Shown piece by piece: positions 19,374-28,419 of a stretch of 33,214 nucleotides of DNA. The stretch covers positions 1 to 33,214 of the forward strand of contig JBJERD010000023.1 of NCBI GenBank assembly GCA_051882095.1. Reading direction: 5' to 3'. The first letter of the stretch is position 1, and each line of letters starts with the position of its first letter. This DNA is from Oscillospiraceae bacterium. Lineage in GTDB: Bacteria > Bacillota > Clostridia > Oscillospirales > Ruminococcaceae. The notes under the pieces are model-generated. The model saw only the letters and a list, made by a program, of their open reading frames with translations, had not been told where the DNA came from and made no database searches. Made by a program: the position numbers and the translations under genes.

Positions 19374-20507
19374 TCATTCGCCGTAAATGTTCTTTCTGAG
19401 GTATGAAATGTTTGCGTCAAAGTCAACGCCCAGAACAGCCATTCCTCTTATGGTCAGATTCCACCATGTGTTGTCGTCGGGCACTCTGCACTGAACAACA
19501 TCATATCCGAAGTATGTGGGAGAATTGAGGATAAGCGAGAAAACTTCTCCCTGCTGGAGGTTGGTGGTGATGTTTGGCAAAAGCTTGTCGGCAAGGTCGT
19601 TAAGCTCGGTGAGGCTTGCAGACTTCATTTTGTTTATAAGCTTTTCAAGCACCGTTCTCTGTCTTTCCGTCCTCTGGAAGTCGGTGCCGATGTATCTTAT
19701 TCTTGAATAAGCAAGAGCCTGTCTGCCGTTAAGGGTGTAAGTTCCGCCGCTTGAAAGCATTCCGTCGCTTTCGTCAAGACCTTCCAGACGGTTTATCTCA
19801 CGCAGATACATATTGACGTACTGCACCTCGTCGTCGGTTACGTTTATATCAACTCCGCCCAGAGAGTCAACCACCGTTATAAATGAATAGAAGTTTACCT
19901 GCGCGTATTTGTCTATTCTTACCTTGAAATTCTGCTCAATGGTGTCGATAAGCAGGTCTGCTCCGCCGTAAGCGTAAGCATGGTTAAGTCTTGTGGACTC
20001 AACATTGGGGATGGAAAGATAGATGTCTCTCAGGAAAGAGGTCATTATTATCTTTTTGGTGTTCTTGTTTATGGAAACAAGTATCATGCTGTCCGAGCGT
20101 CCTCTGCCCGAAGCGGTTCTTGCGTCGGTTCCGATAAGAAGAATGTTGTATACATTGTCGTCGCTGATTATTTCGGTGGCGTTTTCTTCGAGATTTTTTC
20201 TTATCTCCTCTTCAAGCTTGTCGATCTCCTCCTTTGGCGAATCGGGTTCGGAGGTCAGATCGTCGTCAGGCTCTATCGAGTCAAGAATCTCATAGCTGCC
20301 GGTGTCCTCAACAATGTTCAGCTTGTTGATGTAGTGGAAAGCAACTCCCACCAATGCTCCCAGAAGCAGCAGGAACATAGCAAAGATTATAATGATTATC
20401 AGCAAAGCCTTTTTCTTTTTTGACCAGCCTTTTTTCTTTTTGGGCTTTTTTATTCCGCTTTTTTCGGCGGCAGTCGTTTTGATCGTATCGTTTTCGTTAT
20501 TGTTCAT
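19374..20507 (-). CDS. LCP (LytR-CpsA-Psr) family glycopolymer-peptidoglycan ligase
   Basis: Lys-rich N-tail plus one TM; NILLIGTD, GRSDSMIL, RDIY, RLNHAY, YSRIR, DFQRTERQR; start moved to ATG 20507 because the track's start lies upstream of the promoter. Confidence 0.93.
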   Translation of the reverse strand: MNNNENDTIKTTAAEKSGIKKPKKKKGWSKKKKALLIIIIIFAMFLLLLGALVGVAFHYINKLNIVEDTGSYEILDSIEPDDDLTSEPDSPKEEIDKLEEEIRKNLEENATEIISDDNVYNILLIGTDARTASGRGRSDSMILVSINKNTKKIIMTSFLRDIYLSIPNVESTRLNHAYAYGGADLLIDTIEQNFKVRIDKYAQVNFYSFITVVDSLGGVDINVTDDEVQYVNMYLREINRLEGLDESDGMLSSGGTYTLNGRQALAYSRIRYIGTDFQRTERQRTVLEKLINKMKSASLTELNDLADKLLPNITTNLQQGEVFSLILNSPTYFGYDVVQCRVPDDNTWWNLTIRGMAVLGVDFDANISYLRKNIYGE

Positions 20508-20589
20508 TAAAAACACTATTCCTTTCCGGATTTTGCGCCGGCATGGTAAAGCCGGAGCTGCCAAGTTACAGAAACTGCAAATATATATT

Positions 20590-20618
20590 ATTATACACTT
20601 TTTTCTCCCTGTAGTCAA
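20590..20618 (-). promoter_or_regulatory. SigA-type promoter of the LCP gene
   Basis: Minus strand TTGACT-17 nt-TATAAT. Confidence 0.82.
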
Positions 20619-20674
20619 GCGCTGCAAAATGCCGTATTATGCAGCGTATTTTTGCAAAAGTAAGCCGATAAATG

Positions 20675-20702
20675 TTGACAAATGTTAGGTTTGTGTTATA
20701 AT
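20675..20702 (+). promoter_or_regulatory. SigA-type promoter of the LVIVD gene
   Basis: TTGACA-16 nt-TATAAT with extended -10 (TGt). Confidence 0.8.
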
Positions 20703-20753
20703 TAATAGGTAAAGCCCTTTTTTGACTGCATATTCATTAGGAGGATCAGATAC

Positions 20754-23375
20754 ATGAGCAGACATAACGGCGTTATAAAAACAGCAGGTTTATTGCTTAT
20801 AATAGCGGCTTGCGCAGCTGCGGCTTTTTTCTGCCGGATGCTGGTCAAACAGAATAATAACGGCTCGGCGGATATCGAAAAGCGCACTTCCGTTGACCCT
20901 GAGCACAGAATAGTGCTGCTTGATAATCCGGTCAGCGAAGCAACGTCAGGCGTCAGCGCAGTAAACGTTCTTGACGGCGATGCGGACGGCGAAATACTAA
21001 TGGCTCCCGACAAGTTCAAAAAGGAAGCGGCTCTGACAAGCGCAAAGGGTGACAGAAAGGCTTCCGTTTCGGCTGAGGTAAAGGTAAGCGTCGAGGAAGA
21101 TGATATTCTTATCTGCCAGTTTACGGCGTACACCGAGGACAGACCCGTTACCTTGAAGGTTACCTGCGGCAGCGCTGAAAACAGAGTTTATCTGAAGCCT
21201 ACTCCCACTACATATTATGTGCCCGTAAGCGGCGTATCATCGGTTGGTGAAATCGATTTCCTGGTTGAATCGGAATTTCAGAAGACGACTATAGACAGCG
21301 TTTATCTTGTGAATTACGGCTCATCGCTTGATATCGACAAGCTCCTGACGGGAGCGTATACCCATGATGAGCGCAGCTCCGACAATATCGCCAGCGAGAG
21401 CGTTACGGACGAATACAGTACACAGTGTCTTGTAAAGGACGGCTATCTGTTTTCTATCTATGACGGGTCGATATATTCTTATGCCCTTGACAGCGACGGC
21501 GGCACGGAAAAAACCTGCGAGCTGAGCGGTCTTGGCACCACAAGAGATATGACCTTCAACAAGGACGAAACTGCCATACTCGTTACCTGCCGACAGAACG
21601 GTATGTATATAATAGATATCACAGACCCCGAAAATATGTCGGTCATCTCTCATTACGATACTCTTGAAGCGGCTACGGGAATTGACGTTAACGGCGACTA
21701 CGCCTTTGTTTGCAGCAGATTTTTCGGCGTTGAGTTCGTTGATATTTCCGACCTTGAAAATCCCAGATATATTAATAAGGTTCAGAGCAGCTCCGAGTAT
21801 CAGGACTGCTTCTCGGACGGTCAGTATCTGTATGTGGGAGTTTACGCCAACAAGAGAGTTGACGTTTTTGATATTTCAGACCTTGGCTTCCCCGAAATGG
21901 TCTCGCAGATAGAGCTTGACGGCGCAGGACAGGGCTGCTTTGTGAAGGACGGCATACTGTATGCAGCGACTTCTCTTAATTCCAAAAACGACAGCAGCAG
22001 CAGACTGAGCTACGGAACAGGTACGGGCAACGGTCTTGAGCTTTACGACGTAAGCGACCCGGCAGCTCCCGTGCTTCTTTCGGTAACAAAAACAAACGGA
22101 AGATCAAACGACAACAGATTCGACGTGTGGGACGTGCAGGTAAGCGGAAATTATGCATTTGTCACCGATATTTATAACGGAGTGTATGTTTATGATGTTT
22201 CCGACCCTTATGACCCCGTCTGCCTGAGAGAGATAAATCTTTCCATAAACAAGAAAAGCGAAAATTTTGAAGAGGCGAACTTTGATAAGTATGTCTATCC
22301 GTGGGATGCAGCAGCTTCGGGCAGAGGCAATGCAAGCCATGTAGCCGTTGAGGACGGAAAAATATACATCTCAATGGCAAACGCAGGCGTGTTCGGCGTT
22401 AAGGACAAACACGCATCGGCTGTCGAAAGAGACCGCAGCTATGAATATGAGATATCGCCTTCAAAGGACAAGACAGAGGTTGAAGGCTACAGCGTGTCAA
22501 GCTATGCTTGCGAATCAAGCATTTGGGCGGCTGACGTTAAGGGCGACTATATTTTTGTTGCCGCAGGCGATGAGGGAATAAAGGTCCTTGACAAGGAGCT
22601 TAACGAGGTAAACGTATTGGATACCGATCATTCGGTTCGTGATGTAAAGATATATGACAATTGCCTCTTCACAGCAGAAAGCGGCGGAGGAGTTTCGGCA
22701 TACCTTATTGACGGAATGTATCTTTCAAAGCTTTCAACGGCTGAGCTTGCAAAGGATACGGATTATGCTTCGCAGATAATGCTGACTGCGGACGGCAAGT
22801 ATATCATCGCACAGATATCTCCGTCAAGACATACGGTGATAGACGCCTCGGACGTTTATGACCTGACTGTGACCGACATCAGAAGCGCCGGAGCAGGAAC
22901 GCTTTATTACCGCAACATATGCACAGGTGTTGTGGCAGATAAGTATCTGGGCGTTTTCGGCAAGACCGGCATCTGCTGGTATTCATACGAAAACGGAGAG
23001 ATAAAGGCTCTTGACCCCACAGAAAACCCATACTACCGTGAAGCAGGCGGCATGACCGCAGTAGGCGATAAGTGCGTAGCTATCACAGGCGGAGGATATC
23101 AGTACTTTACCGTAGGCGAAGATAATGCTTCCGACTTGGTGATCGTCAGCGACACACCGCTGGCAGGAAAGGCGGCAAACGACGGTGATACCATGGTGGT
23201 ATCCTGCTCGTATGACGGCACGGTGACAATACTTGACATATCAGAGCTTGACGACCCGTATCTTGAAGCGAGATTTACAATTGAGGGCAACCCCGATATT
23301 GCATATGTTTCCGATGAAATGATACTTATTCCATGCAGATACGGCGGACTTCTCAAGCTGACAAAAGAAAATTAA
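20754..23375 (+). CDS. Exported or membrane-anchored LVIVD-repeat beta-propeller protein
   Basis: N-terminal hydrophobic segment; repeats GMYIIDITDPEN, GVEFVDISDLENP, RVDVFDISDLGFP, GLELYDVSDPAAP, GVYVYDVSDPYDP, TVTILDISELDDP; AGGAGG RBS. Confidence 0.82.
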   Translation: MSRHNGVIKTAGLLLIIAACAAAAFFCRMLVKQNNNGSADIEKRTSVDPEHRIVLLDNPVSEATSGVSAVNVLDGDADGEILMAPDKFKKEAALTSAKGDRKASVSAEVKVSVEEDDILICQFTAYTEDRPVTLKVTCGSAENRVYLKPTPTTYYVPVSGVSSVGEIDFLVESEFQKTTIDSVYLVNYGSSLDIDKLLTGAYTHDERSSDNIASESVTDEYSTQCLVKDGYLFSIYDGSIYSYALDSDGGTEKTCELSGLGTTRDMTFNKDETAILVTCRQNGMYIIDITDPENMSVISHYDTLEAATGIDVNGDYAFVCSRFFGVEFVDISDLENPRYINKVQSSSEYQDCFSDGQYLYVGVYANKRVDVFDISDLGFPEMVSQIELDGAGQGCFVKDGILYAATSLNSKNDSSSRLSYGTGTGNGLELYDVSDPAAPVLLSVTKTNGRSNDNRFDVWDVQVSGNYAFVTDIYNGVYVYDVSDPYDPVCLREINLSINKKSENFEEANFDKYVYPWDAAASGRGNASHVAVEDGKIYISMANAGVFGVKDKHASAVERDRSYEYEISPSKDKTEVEGYSVSSYACESSIWAADVKGDYIFVAAGDEGIKVLDKELNEVNVLDTDHSVRDVKIYDNCLFTAESGGGVSAYLIDGMYLSKLSTAELAKDTDYASQIMLTADGKYIIAQISPSRHTVIDASDVYDLTVTDIRSAGAGTLYYRNICTGVVADKYLGVFGKTGICWYSYENGEIKALDPTENPYYREAGGMTAVGDKCVAITGGGYQYFTVGEDNASDLVIVSDTPLAGKAANDGDTMVVSCSYDGTVTILDISELDDPYLEARFTIEGNPDIAYVSDEMILIPCRYGGLLKLTKEN

Positions 23376-23383
23376 CGCAAAGG

Positions 23384-23415
23384 GGCGCAGCAGATATTCT
23401 GCTGCGCCGTTTTTG
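23384..23415 (+). terminator. Intrinsic terminator
   Basis: GGCGCAGCAGA-tat-TCTGCTGCGCC followed by GTTTTT. Confidence 0.88.
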
Positions 23416-23445
23416 TGCCATCCGATATAAAAAAACGAAAAAATA

Positions 23446-23474
23446 TTGACATATGAAAGAGATAGTGGTATAAT
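23446..23474 (+). promoter_or_regulatory. Distal SigA-type promoter P1 of the polysaccharide locus
   Basis: TTGACA-17 nt-TATAAT with extended -10 (TGg). Confidence 0.85.
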
Positions 23475-23638
23475 TCCTTGATGAAAAGTATTTGTAAGAC
23501 ATATGTGTAAAATTGCTTCGTCAATATATACAAAAAAAGTGTGCGCTGTGCTTTGCAGCAGCGGACAAGTGCGTACTAATGCCCATATATCTGCGTTTGA
23601 GTAGGTGCTGGAATTTTCTGTGCAACATATATGAGCTA

Positions 23639-23667
23639 TTGACAAAGAGCGAAAAAAATAATATAAT
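23639..23667 (+). promoter_or_regulatory. Proximal SigA-type promoter P2 of the polysaccharide locus
   Basis: TTGACA-17 nt-TATAAT. Confidence 0.85.
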
Positions 23668-23755
23668 ATAGAGTAAGATATTATTATGGGTTAGTTATGT
23701 CTTTATTTGATATTTATATATTTTTCTGTATTTCTACTGTTAAGGGGTTTGGAAT

Positions 23756-24658
23756 ATGAAAGGAATAATTCTTGCAGGAGGTTCGGGTACAAGACTTTAT
23801 CCGATAACTCTTGTTACTTCAAAGCAGCTTTTGCCCGTTTATGATAAGCCGATGATATATTATCCGCTTTCAACGCTTATGCTTGCCGGTATTCAGGATA
23901 TACTGATAATTTCCACAAGGGAGGATACTCCCAAATTCCAGCAGCTTCTGGGCGACGGCAGCAACTTCGGAATAAAGCTTTCCTATGCCGTTCAGGAGAG
24001 ACCCGAGGGTCTTGCTCAGGCGTTTCTTATCGGAGAGGAGTTTATCGGAGACGACACCTGTGCGCTTATACTGGGCGATAACATCTTTTACGGAAACGGT
24101 CTTGGCAAGCAGCTTAAAGAGGCTGTGAACAGAGCCGATGAGGGAAAGGCTACCGTTTTCGGATATTATGTCAACGATCCCCACAGGTTCGGAGTGGTTG
24201 AGTTTGACGATAACGGAAAGGTGCTTTCGGTCGAAGAAAAGCCTAAGCAGCCTAAGTCTAATTATGCCGTTACGGGAATTTATTTTTACGATAACAGAGT
24301 GGTTGAGTATGCCAAGCAGATCAAGCCCAGCGCCAGAGGAGAGCTGGAGATAACCGATCTGAATAAATTGTACCTAAAAGACGAGTCGCTGAACGTCCAG
24401 CTTCTGGGCAGAGGCTATGCATGGCTTGATACGGGAACGGTGGAAAGTCTTGTGGACGCAGCCGATTTTGTGAGAATGATCGAGGAAAGACAGGGAATGA
24501 AAATATCCGCCCCCGAGGAAACGGCTTTTTACTATCACTGGATAACAAAAGAAAAGCTGCTTGAATCGGCTGAGAGATACGGAAAATCACCCTACGGCAA
24601 GCATCTGCGCAACGTTGCCGAAGGAAAGATATACATCAGAGGAGCAAGAAAAAAATGA
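23756..24658 (+). CDS. rfbA: Glucose-1-phosphate thymidylyltransferase (RmlA)
   Basis: [48 protein letters not shown]. Confidence 0.97.
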   Translation: MKGIILAGGSGTRLYPITLVTSKQLLPVYDKPMIYYPLSTLMLAGIQDILIISTREDTPKFQQLLGDGSNFGIKLSYAVQERPEGLAQAFLIGEEFIGDDTCALILGDNIFYGNGLGKQLKEAVNRADEGKATVFGYYVNDPHRFGVVEFDDNGKVLSVEEKPKQPKSNYAVTGIYFYDNRVVEYAKQIKPSARGELEITDLNKLYLKDESLNVQLLGRGYAWLDTGTVESLVDAADFVRMIEERQGMKISAPEETAFYYHWITKEKLLESAERYGKSPYGKHLRNVAEGKIYIRGARKK

Positions 24659-25683
24659 CCGTTGTAGTTACCGGAGGAGCAGGCTTTATCGGAGCCAACT
24701 TCGTTTATTATCAGCTTGAAGAGCATCCCGAGGACAGGATAGTCTGCTATGACAAGCTTACATATGCCGGAAATCTTTCGACGCTTGAAGAAGCCATGAA
24801 AAATGAGAATTTCAGGTTCGTCAGAGGGGATATTGCCGACAGAGAGGCTGTGGACAAGCTTTTTGAAGAGGAGCATCCCGACATTATCGTTAATTTTGCG
24901 GCTGAGAGCCATGTTGACCGTTCTATCGAAGACCCCGGACTGTTTTTGCAGACAAACGTTGTTGGAACAGGCGTGCTTATGGACGCCTGCCGCAAGTACG
25001 GAATAAAGAGATATCATCAGGTGTCCACCGACGAGGTTTACGGCGATCTGCCTCTTGACAGACCCGACCTGTTCTTTACGGAGGATACGCCTATACATAC
25101 AAGCAGCCCTTACAGCTCGTCAAAGGCGGGGGCTGACCTGCTGGTGCTTTCATATTACAGAACATTCGGACTTCCCGTTTCGATCACCAGATGTTCAAAT
25201 AACTACGGACCTTATCATTTCCCTGAGAAGCTTATTCCGCTTATGATATCGAGAGCGCTTGCTAATGAAAGCCTTCCCGTTTACGGAAAGGGCGAAAACG
25301 TGAGAGACTGGCTTTATGTAAGAGACCACTGCAAGGCTATTGATCTGGTAATGAGAAAAGGCAGAGAGGGCGAGGTCTACAACGTGGGCGGTCACAACGA
25401 AAAGACCAATCTTGAGGTCGTAAAGACTATACTTGAGTATCTTGGCAAGCCCGAAAGCCTTATTAACTTTGTTACGGATCGTCCCGGTCATGACAGAAGA
25501 TATGCCATAGACCCAAGCAAGATAAGCGGCGAGCTTGGCTGGCTGCCCGACACTAAGTTTGACGACGGTATAAAGCAGACCATCGACTGGTATCTTGACA
25601 ACAGAAAATGGTGGGAAGATATTCTCAGCGGAGAATATATGAATTATTTTGACATGATGTATACGGTCAAGGGAAGAGCCTGA
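24655..25683 (+). CDS. rfbB: dTDP-glucose 4,6-dehydratase (RmlB)
   Basis: [46 protein letters not shown]. Confidence 0.97.
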   Translation: MTVVVTGGAGFIGANFVYYQLEEHPEDRIVCYDKLTYAGNLSTLEEAMKNENFRFVRGDIADREAVDKLFEEEHPDIIVNFAAESHVDRSIEDPGLFLQTNVVGTGVLMDACRKYGIKRYHQVSTDEVYGDLPLDRPDLFFTEDTPIHTSSPYSSSKAGADLLVLSYYRTFGLPVSITRCSNNYGPYHFPEKLIPLMISRALANESLPVYGKGENVRDWLYVRDHCKAIDLVMRKGREGEVYNVGGHNEKTNLEVVKTILEYLGKPESLINFVTDRPGHDRRYAIDPSKISGELGWLPDTKFDDGIKQTIDWYLDNRKWWEDILSGEYMNYFDMMYTVKGRA

Positions 25684-25748
25684 GCCGTGTGCTGTGCTGA
25701 GGCGTCAGCAGCAATAACGCCAAATTTGTTGGTATTGGAGAAATATTG

Positions 25749-26309
25749 ATGTATACAGCCGAAAAAACAAGTATTCCCGAGGTGGTTGTTCTTACGCCAA
25801 AGGTTTTTGAGGACGAGAGGGGATATTTTTTTGAAGTCTACAGCGAAAAAGCGCTGGCAGAGGCAGGCATAGAGTTTCATGCCGTTCAGGAAAACCACAT
25901 TATGAACGCCTGCCCCGGAGTTATCAGAGGACTGCATTTTCAGAACGAGCCCTTTGCTCAGGCAAAGCTTGTCCGCTGCATAAGGGGCGTTGTGGACGAC
26001 GTTGCCGTAGATCTTCGCAAGGGTTCGCCCACTTATCTGAAATGGGTAATGGTGGAGCTTTCCGAGGAAAATAAAAAGCAGCTTTATCTGCCAAAGGGCT
26101 TCGCTCACGGAGTAATTTCCAGAAGCGATTACAGCGAGGTTCAGTATGTGGTGGACGAGGGCTACGCTCCGCAGGCAGACCGCAATATCCGCTATGACGA
26201 AGCTGATATCGGCGTTGACTGGAAGATCGATAAGCCTGTTTTGTCCCCCAAGGATCAGAACGCTCCCTCTTTTAAGGAAAGCGACTGCAATTTCGTATAC
26301 AAAAAATAG
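25749..26309 (+). CDS. rfbC: dTDP-4-dehydrorhamnose 3,5-epimerase (RmlC)
   Basis: DERGYFFE, RGLHFQ, QAKLVRC, VDLRKGSPT, PKGFAHG; ATG 25749 after GGAG. Confidence 0.93.
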   Translation: MYTAEKTSIPEVVVLTPKVFEDERGYFFEVYSEKALAEAGIEFHAVQENHIMNACPGVIRGLHFQNEPFAQAKLVRCIRGVVDDVAVDLRKGSPTYLKWVMVELSEENKKQLYLPKGFAHGVISRSDYSEVQYVVDEGYAPQADRNIRYDEADIGVDWKIDKPVLSPKDQNAPSFKESDCNFVYKK

Positions 26310-26347
26310 CAGATGCACTGCATATCACAATAAAGGAAGTAAGAAAA

Positions 26348-27448
26348 ATGGGAAGAATAAACGTAACTCGTTCATCAATGCCTTCTTTTGAGGAATATAT
26401 AGAAACTCTTCGCCCCGTGTGGGAGAGCCGCTGGCTTTCAAACAGAGGTGCGGCTTCAATTGAGTTTGAAGAGGGACTAAAAAAATATCTTGGCTGCGAA
26501 AACGTGTGGCTTTTCGCCAACGGTCATGTAGCTATGGAGGTTGCGCTTCAGGCCCTTGATATGAAGGGAGAGGTCATCACCACTCCGTATACGCATATTT
26601 CCACTACAAACGCTATCGTCCGCAACGGACTTACACCGGTGTTCGTTGACGTAAAGGAAGATAACTACACCATTAATCCCGAGCTTATCGAAGCGGCTGT
26701 CACGGAAAACACCGTTGCTATCGTGGCTACCCACGTTTACGGATTTTTGTGCGATGTTGAGGCAATAGAGGCTATCGCCCGCAAGCACGGACTTAAAGTG
26801 GTTTATGACGCCGCTCATGCATTCGGCGTAACACTTAACGGCGTAAGCGCAGCTAATTTCGGCGACGCCGCTATGTTCAGCACTCATGCCACAAAGGTTT
26901 TCCACACCATTGAGGGCGGTCTTGTTACATATAAGGACGCCGAGCTGTTCAAGGCAATGCAGCACATTGTAAACTTCGGCTTCACCAGCCAGGAGGAAGC
27001 GATGTATGTGGGAACAAACGCCCGCATGAACGAGTTCGAGGCTGTTATGGGCATATGCAATCTTCGCCATATCGACGAGGAGATCGCAAAGCGCAAGATA
27101 GTAGGCGACCGCATGACGGAACGTCTCAGCGGAGTTAAGGGAATAAAGCTTATCAAGCCGCAGGAAGGACTTGTGTGGAACTATGCTTACTATCCCGTAA
27201 TGTTTGACGGCTACAAGGAAAACCGTGACGAGATCAAAGCGAAGCTTGAAAAAGAAGATATTTTCGCAAGAAAGTATTTTTATCCGATCACCAATCGTTT
27301 TGCCTGCTACATGGAGAAGTACGGCAATGTGGATGTTCCTGTTTCGGCTCATGCGGCAGACTGCGTGCTGACTCTGCCGATGTATGCAGATATGACTGTT
27401 GAGGATGCAGACAGAATTTGTAACGTTATTCTGGAGAGCGAGTGTTAA
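26348..27448 (+). CDS. DegT/DnrJ/EryC1/StrS aminotransferase, VioA-like (dTDP-4-amino-4,6-dideoxy-hexose)
   Basis: GEVITTPY, YDAAHAFG, STHATKVFHTIEGG (PLP Lys), RKYFYP; resembles VioA as recalled; directly follows rmlABC. Confidence 0.85.
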   Translation: MGRINVTRSSMPSFEEYIETLRPVWESRWLSNRGAASIEFEEGLKKYLGCENVWLFANGHVAMEVALQALDMKGEVITTPYTHISTTNAIVRNGLTPVFVDVKEDNYTINPELIEAAVTENTVAIVATHVYGFLCDVEAIEAIARKHGLKVVYDAAHAFGVTLNGVSAANFGDAAMFSTHATKVFHTIEGGLVTYKDAELFKAMQHIVNFGFTSQEEAMYVGTNARMNEFEAVMGICNLRHIDEEIAKRKIVGDRMTERLSGVKGIKLIKPQEGLVWNYAYYPVMFDGYKENRDEIKAKLEKEDIFARKYFYPITNRFACYMEKYGNVDVPVSAHAADCVLTLPMYADMTVEDADRICNVILESEC

Positions 27449-27455
27449 ATTTTAA

Positions 27456-28283
27456 ATGGAAACTAACCGATCATGTCCTGAGCTGACAAAAGCCATGAGG
27501 TGGAAGATCGCCGACTTGCTTGCTGAGGACAGACTTGATGAAATAAATGAAAAATGCCAAGAGGTTCATGTAAGGGACACGTTTTATGTTAAGTACATAA
27601 AGAGACTGCTGGATATTGTCATTTCTCTTATAGCGCTGATAATAACGCTTCCCATAAATCTTGTTATCGGGATATTGACGCTGATAGATCTGGGACGTCC
27701 GCTGTTTTTCAAGCAGGAGAGAGTGGGCAGAAACGGCAAGCCTTTTACTATCATAAAATTCCGCAACATGAGAAATACCACCGATGAAAAGGGAGAGCTT
27801 CTGCCGCCCGAAAAAAGGGTGACAAAGCTGGGCTTGATATGGAGAAAGACCTCTCTTGACGAGCTGCTTAATTTCTGGAGTATTCTCAAAGGGGATATGA
27901 GCCTTATCGGTCCCAGACCGCTGGTGCCAGAATATCAGCACAGATACAACAAGCGTCATAAGATGCGCTGCGCTGTAAGACCGGGACTTGAATGTCCGCC
28001 CAGAAAGCCTATGGATCATATGTGGACATGGCAGGAGCAGTTGGAAAACGACATCTGGTATGTTGAAAACGTAAGCTTTCTGACCGATATAAAAATGTGC
28101 GTGTGCCTTGTAAGATTTGCACTGGACAGAAAAAGCTCCAGCGCCCGTGCAGGCACTAAAAGAGGACCTTTTATGGGCTATGATATGCAGGGCAGCGCCA
28201 TAAGTCTGGAGGATGTGCCTGAGGAATATATCAGACGGGGAATAGAGTTTTTCAAGTCTGAGGAGGACGCTGCGGTGCAGTAA
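27456..28283 (+). CDS. Monotopic priming phosphoglycosyl transferase, PglC-like
   Basis: KRLLDI plus re-entrant helix, KFRNM, DEKGELL, SLDELL catalytic dyad, GDMSLIGPRP. Confidence 0.9.
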   Translation: METNRSCPELTKAMRWKIADLLAEDRLDEINEKCQEVHVRDTFYVKYIKRLLDIVISLIALIITLPINLVIGILTLIDLGRPLFFKQERVGRNGKPFTIIKFRNMRNTTDEKGELLPPEKRVTKLGLIWRKTSLDELLNFWSILKGDMSLIGPRPLVPEYQHRYNKRHKMRCAVRPGLECPPRKPMDHMWTWQEQLENDIWYVENVSFLTDIKMCVCLVRFALDRKSSSARAGTKRGPFMGYDMQGSAISLEDVPEEYIRRGIEFFKSEEDAAVQ

Positions 28284-28316
28284 GTCTTTGGAAAGTATTT
28301 TAGGATAATTTATCAG

Positions 28317-28355
28317 AAACCTGTTTTGTCGGTATTCGGCGAAACAGGGTTTTGT
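28317..28355 (+). terminator. Intra-operon stem-loop (weak terminator or stabiliser)
   Basis: AAACCTGTTTTGTCGG-tat-TCGGCGAAACAGGGTTT; G-U pairs form only on the + strand; short T-tract. Confidence 0.55.
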
Positions 28356-28419
28356 GTGCAGACAAGGTTAAGCCCGGACTGCGGCAAAAAAGCCTGTCGG
28401 CTTAGCAAGGAGTGTATAT

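Noticed and set aside
20508-20627. 40-aa N-terminal extension of the LCP ORF in the track
   Set aside because: It overlaps the gene's own promoter; ATG 20507 is the better start.
23443-23527. ATATTGAC/GTCAATAT inverted repeat as an invertible polysaccharide promoter
   Set aside because: Only 8 bp in AT-rich DNA and includes the -35 itself; expected by chance.
26477-27352. 291-aa antisense ORF, and similar ones at 25644-26318, 24592-25098, 29453-30049, 8397-8900 and 9229-9732
   Set aside because: They lie opposite well-supported genes and show no recognisable motifs; these are shadow ORFs arising from codon bias.
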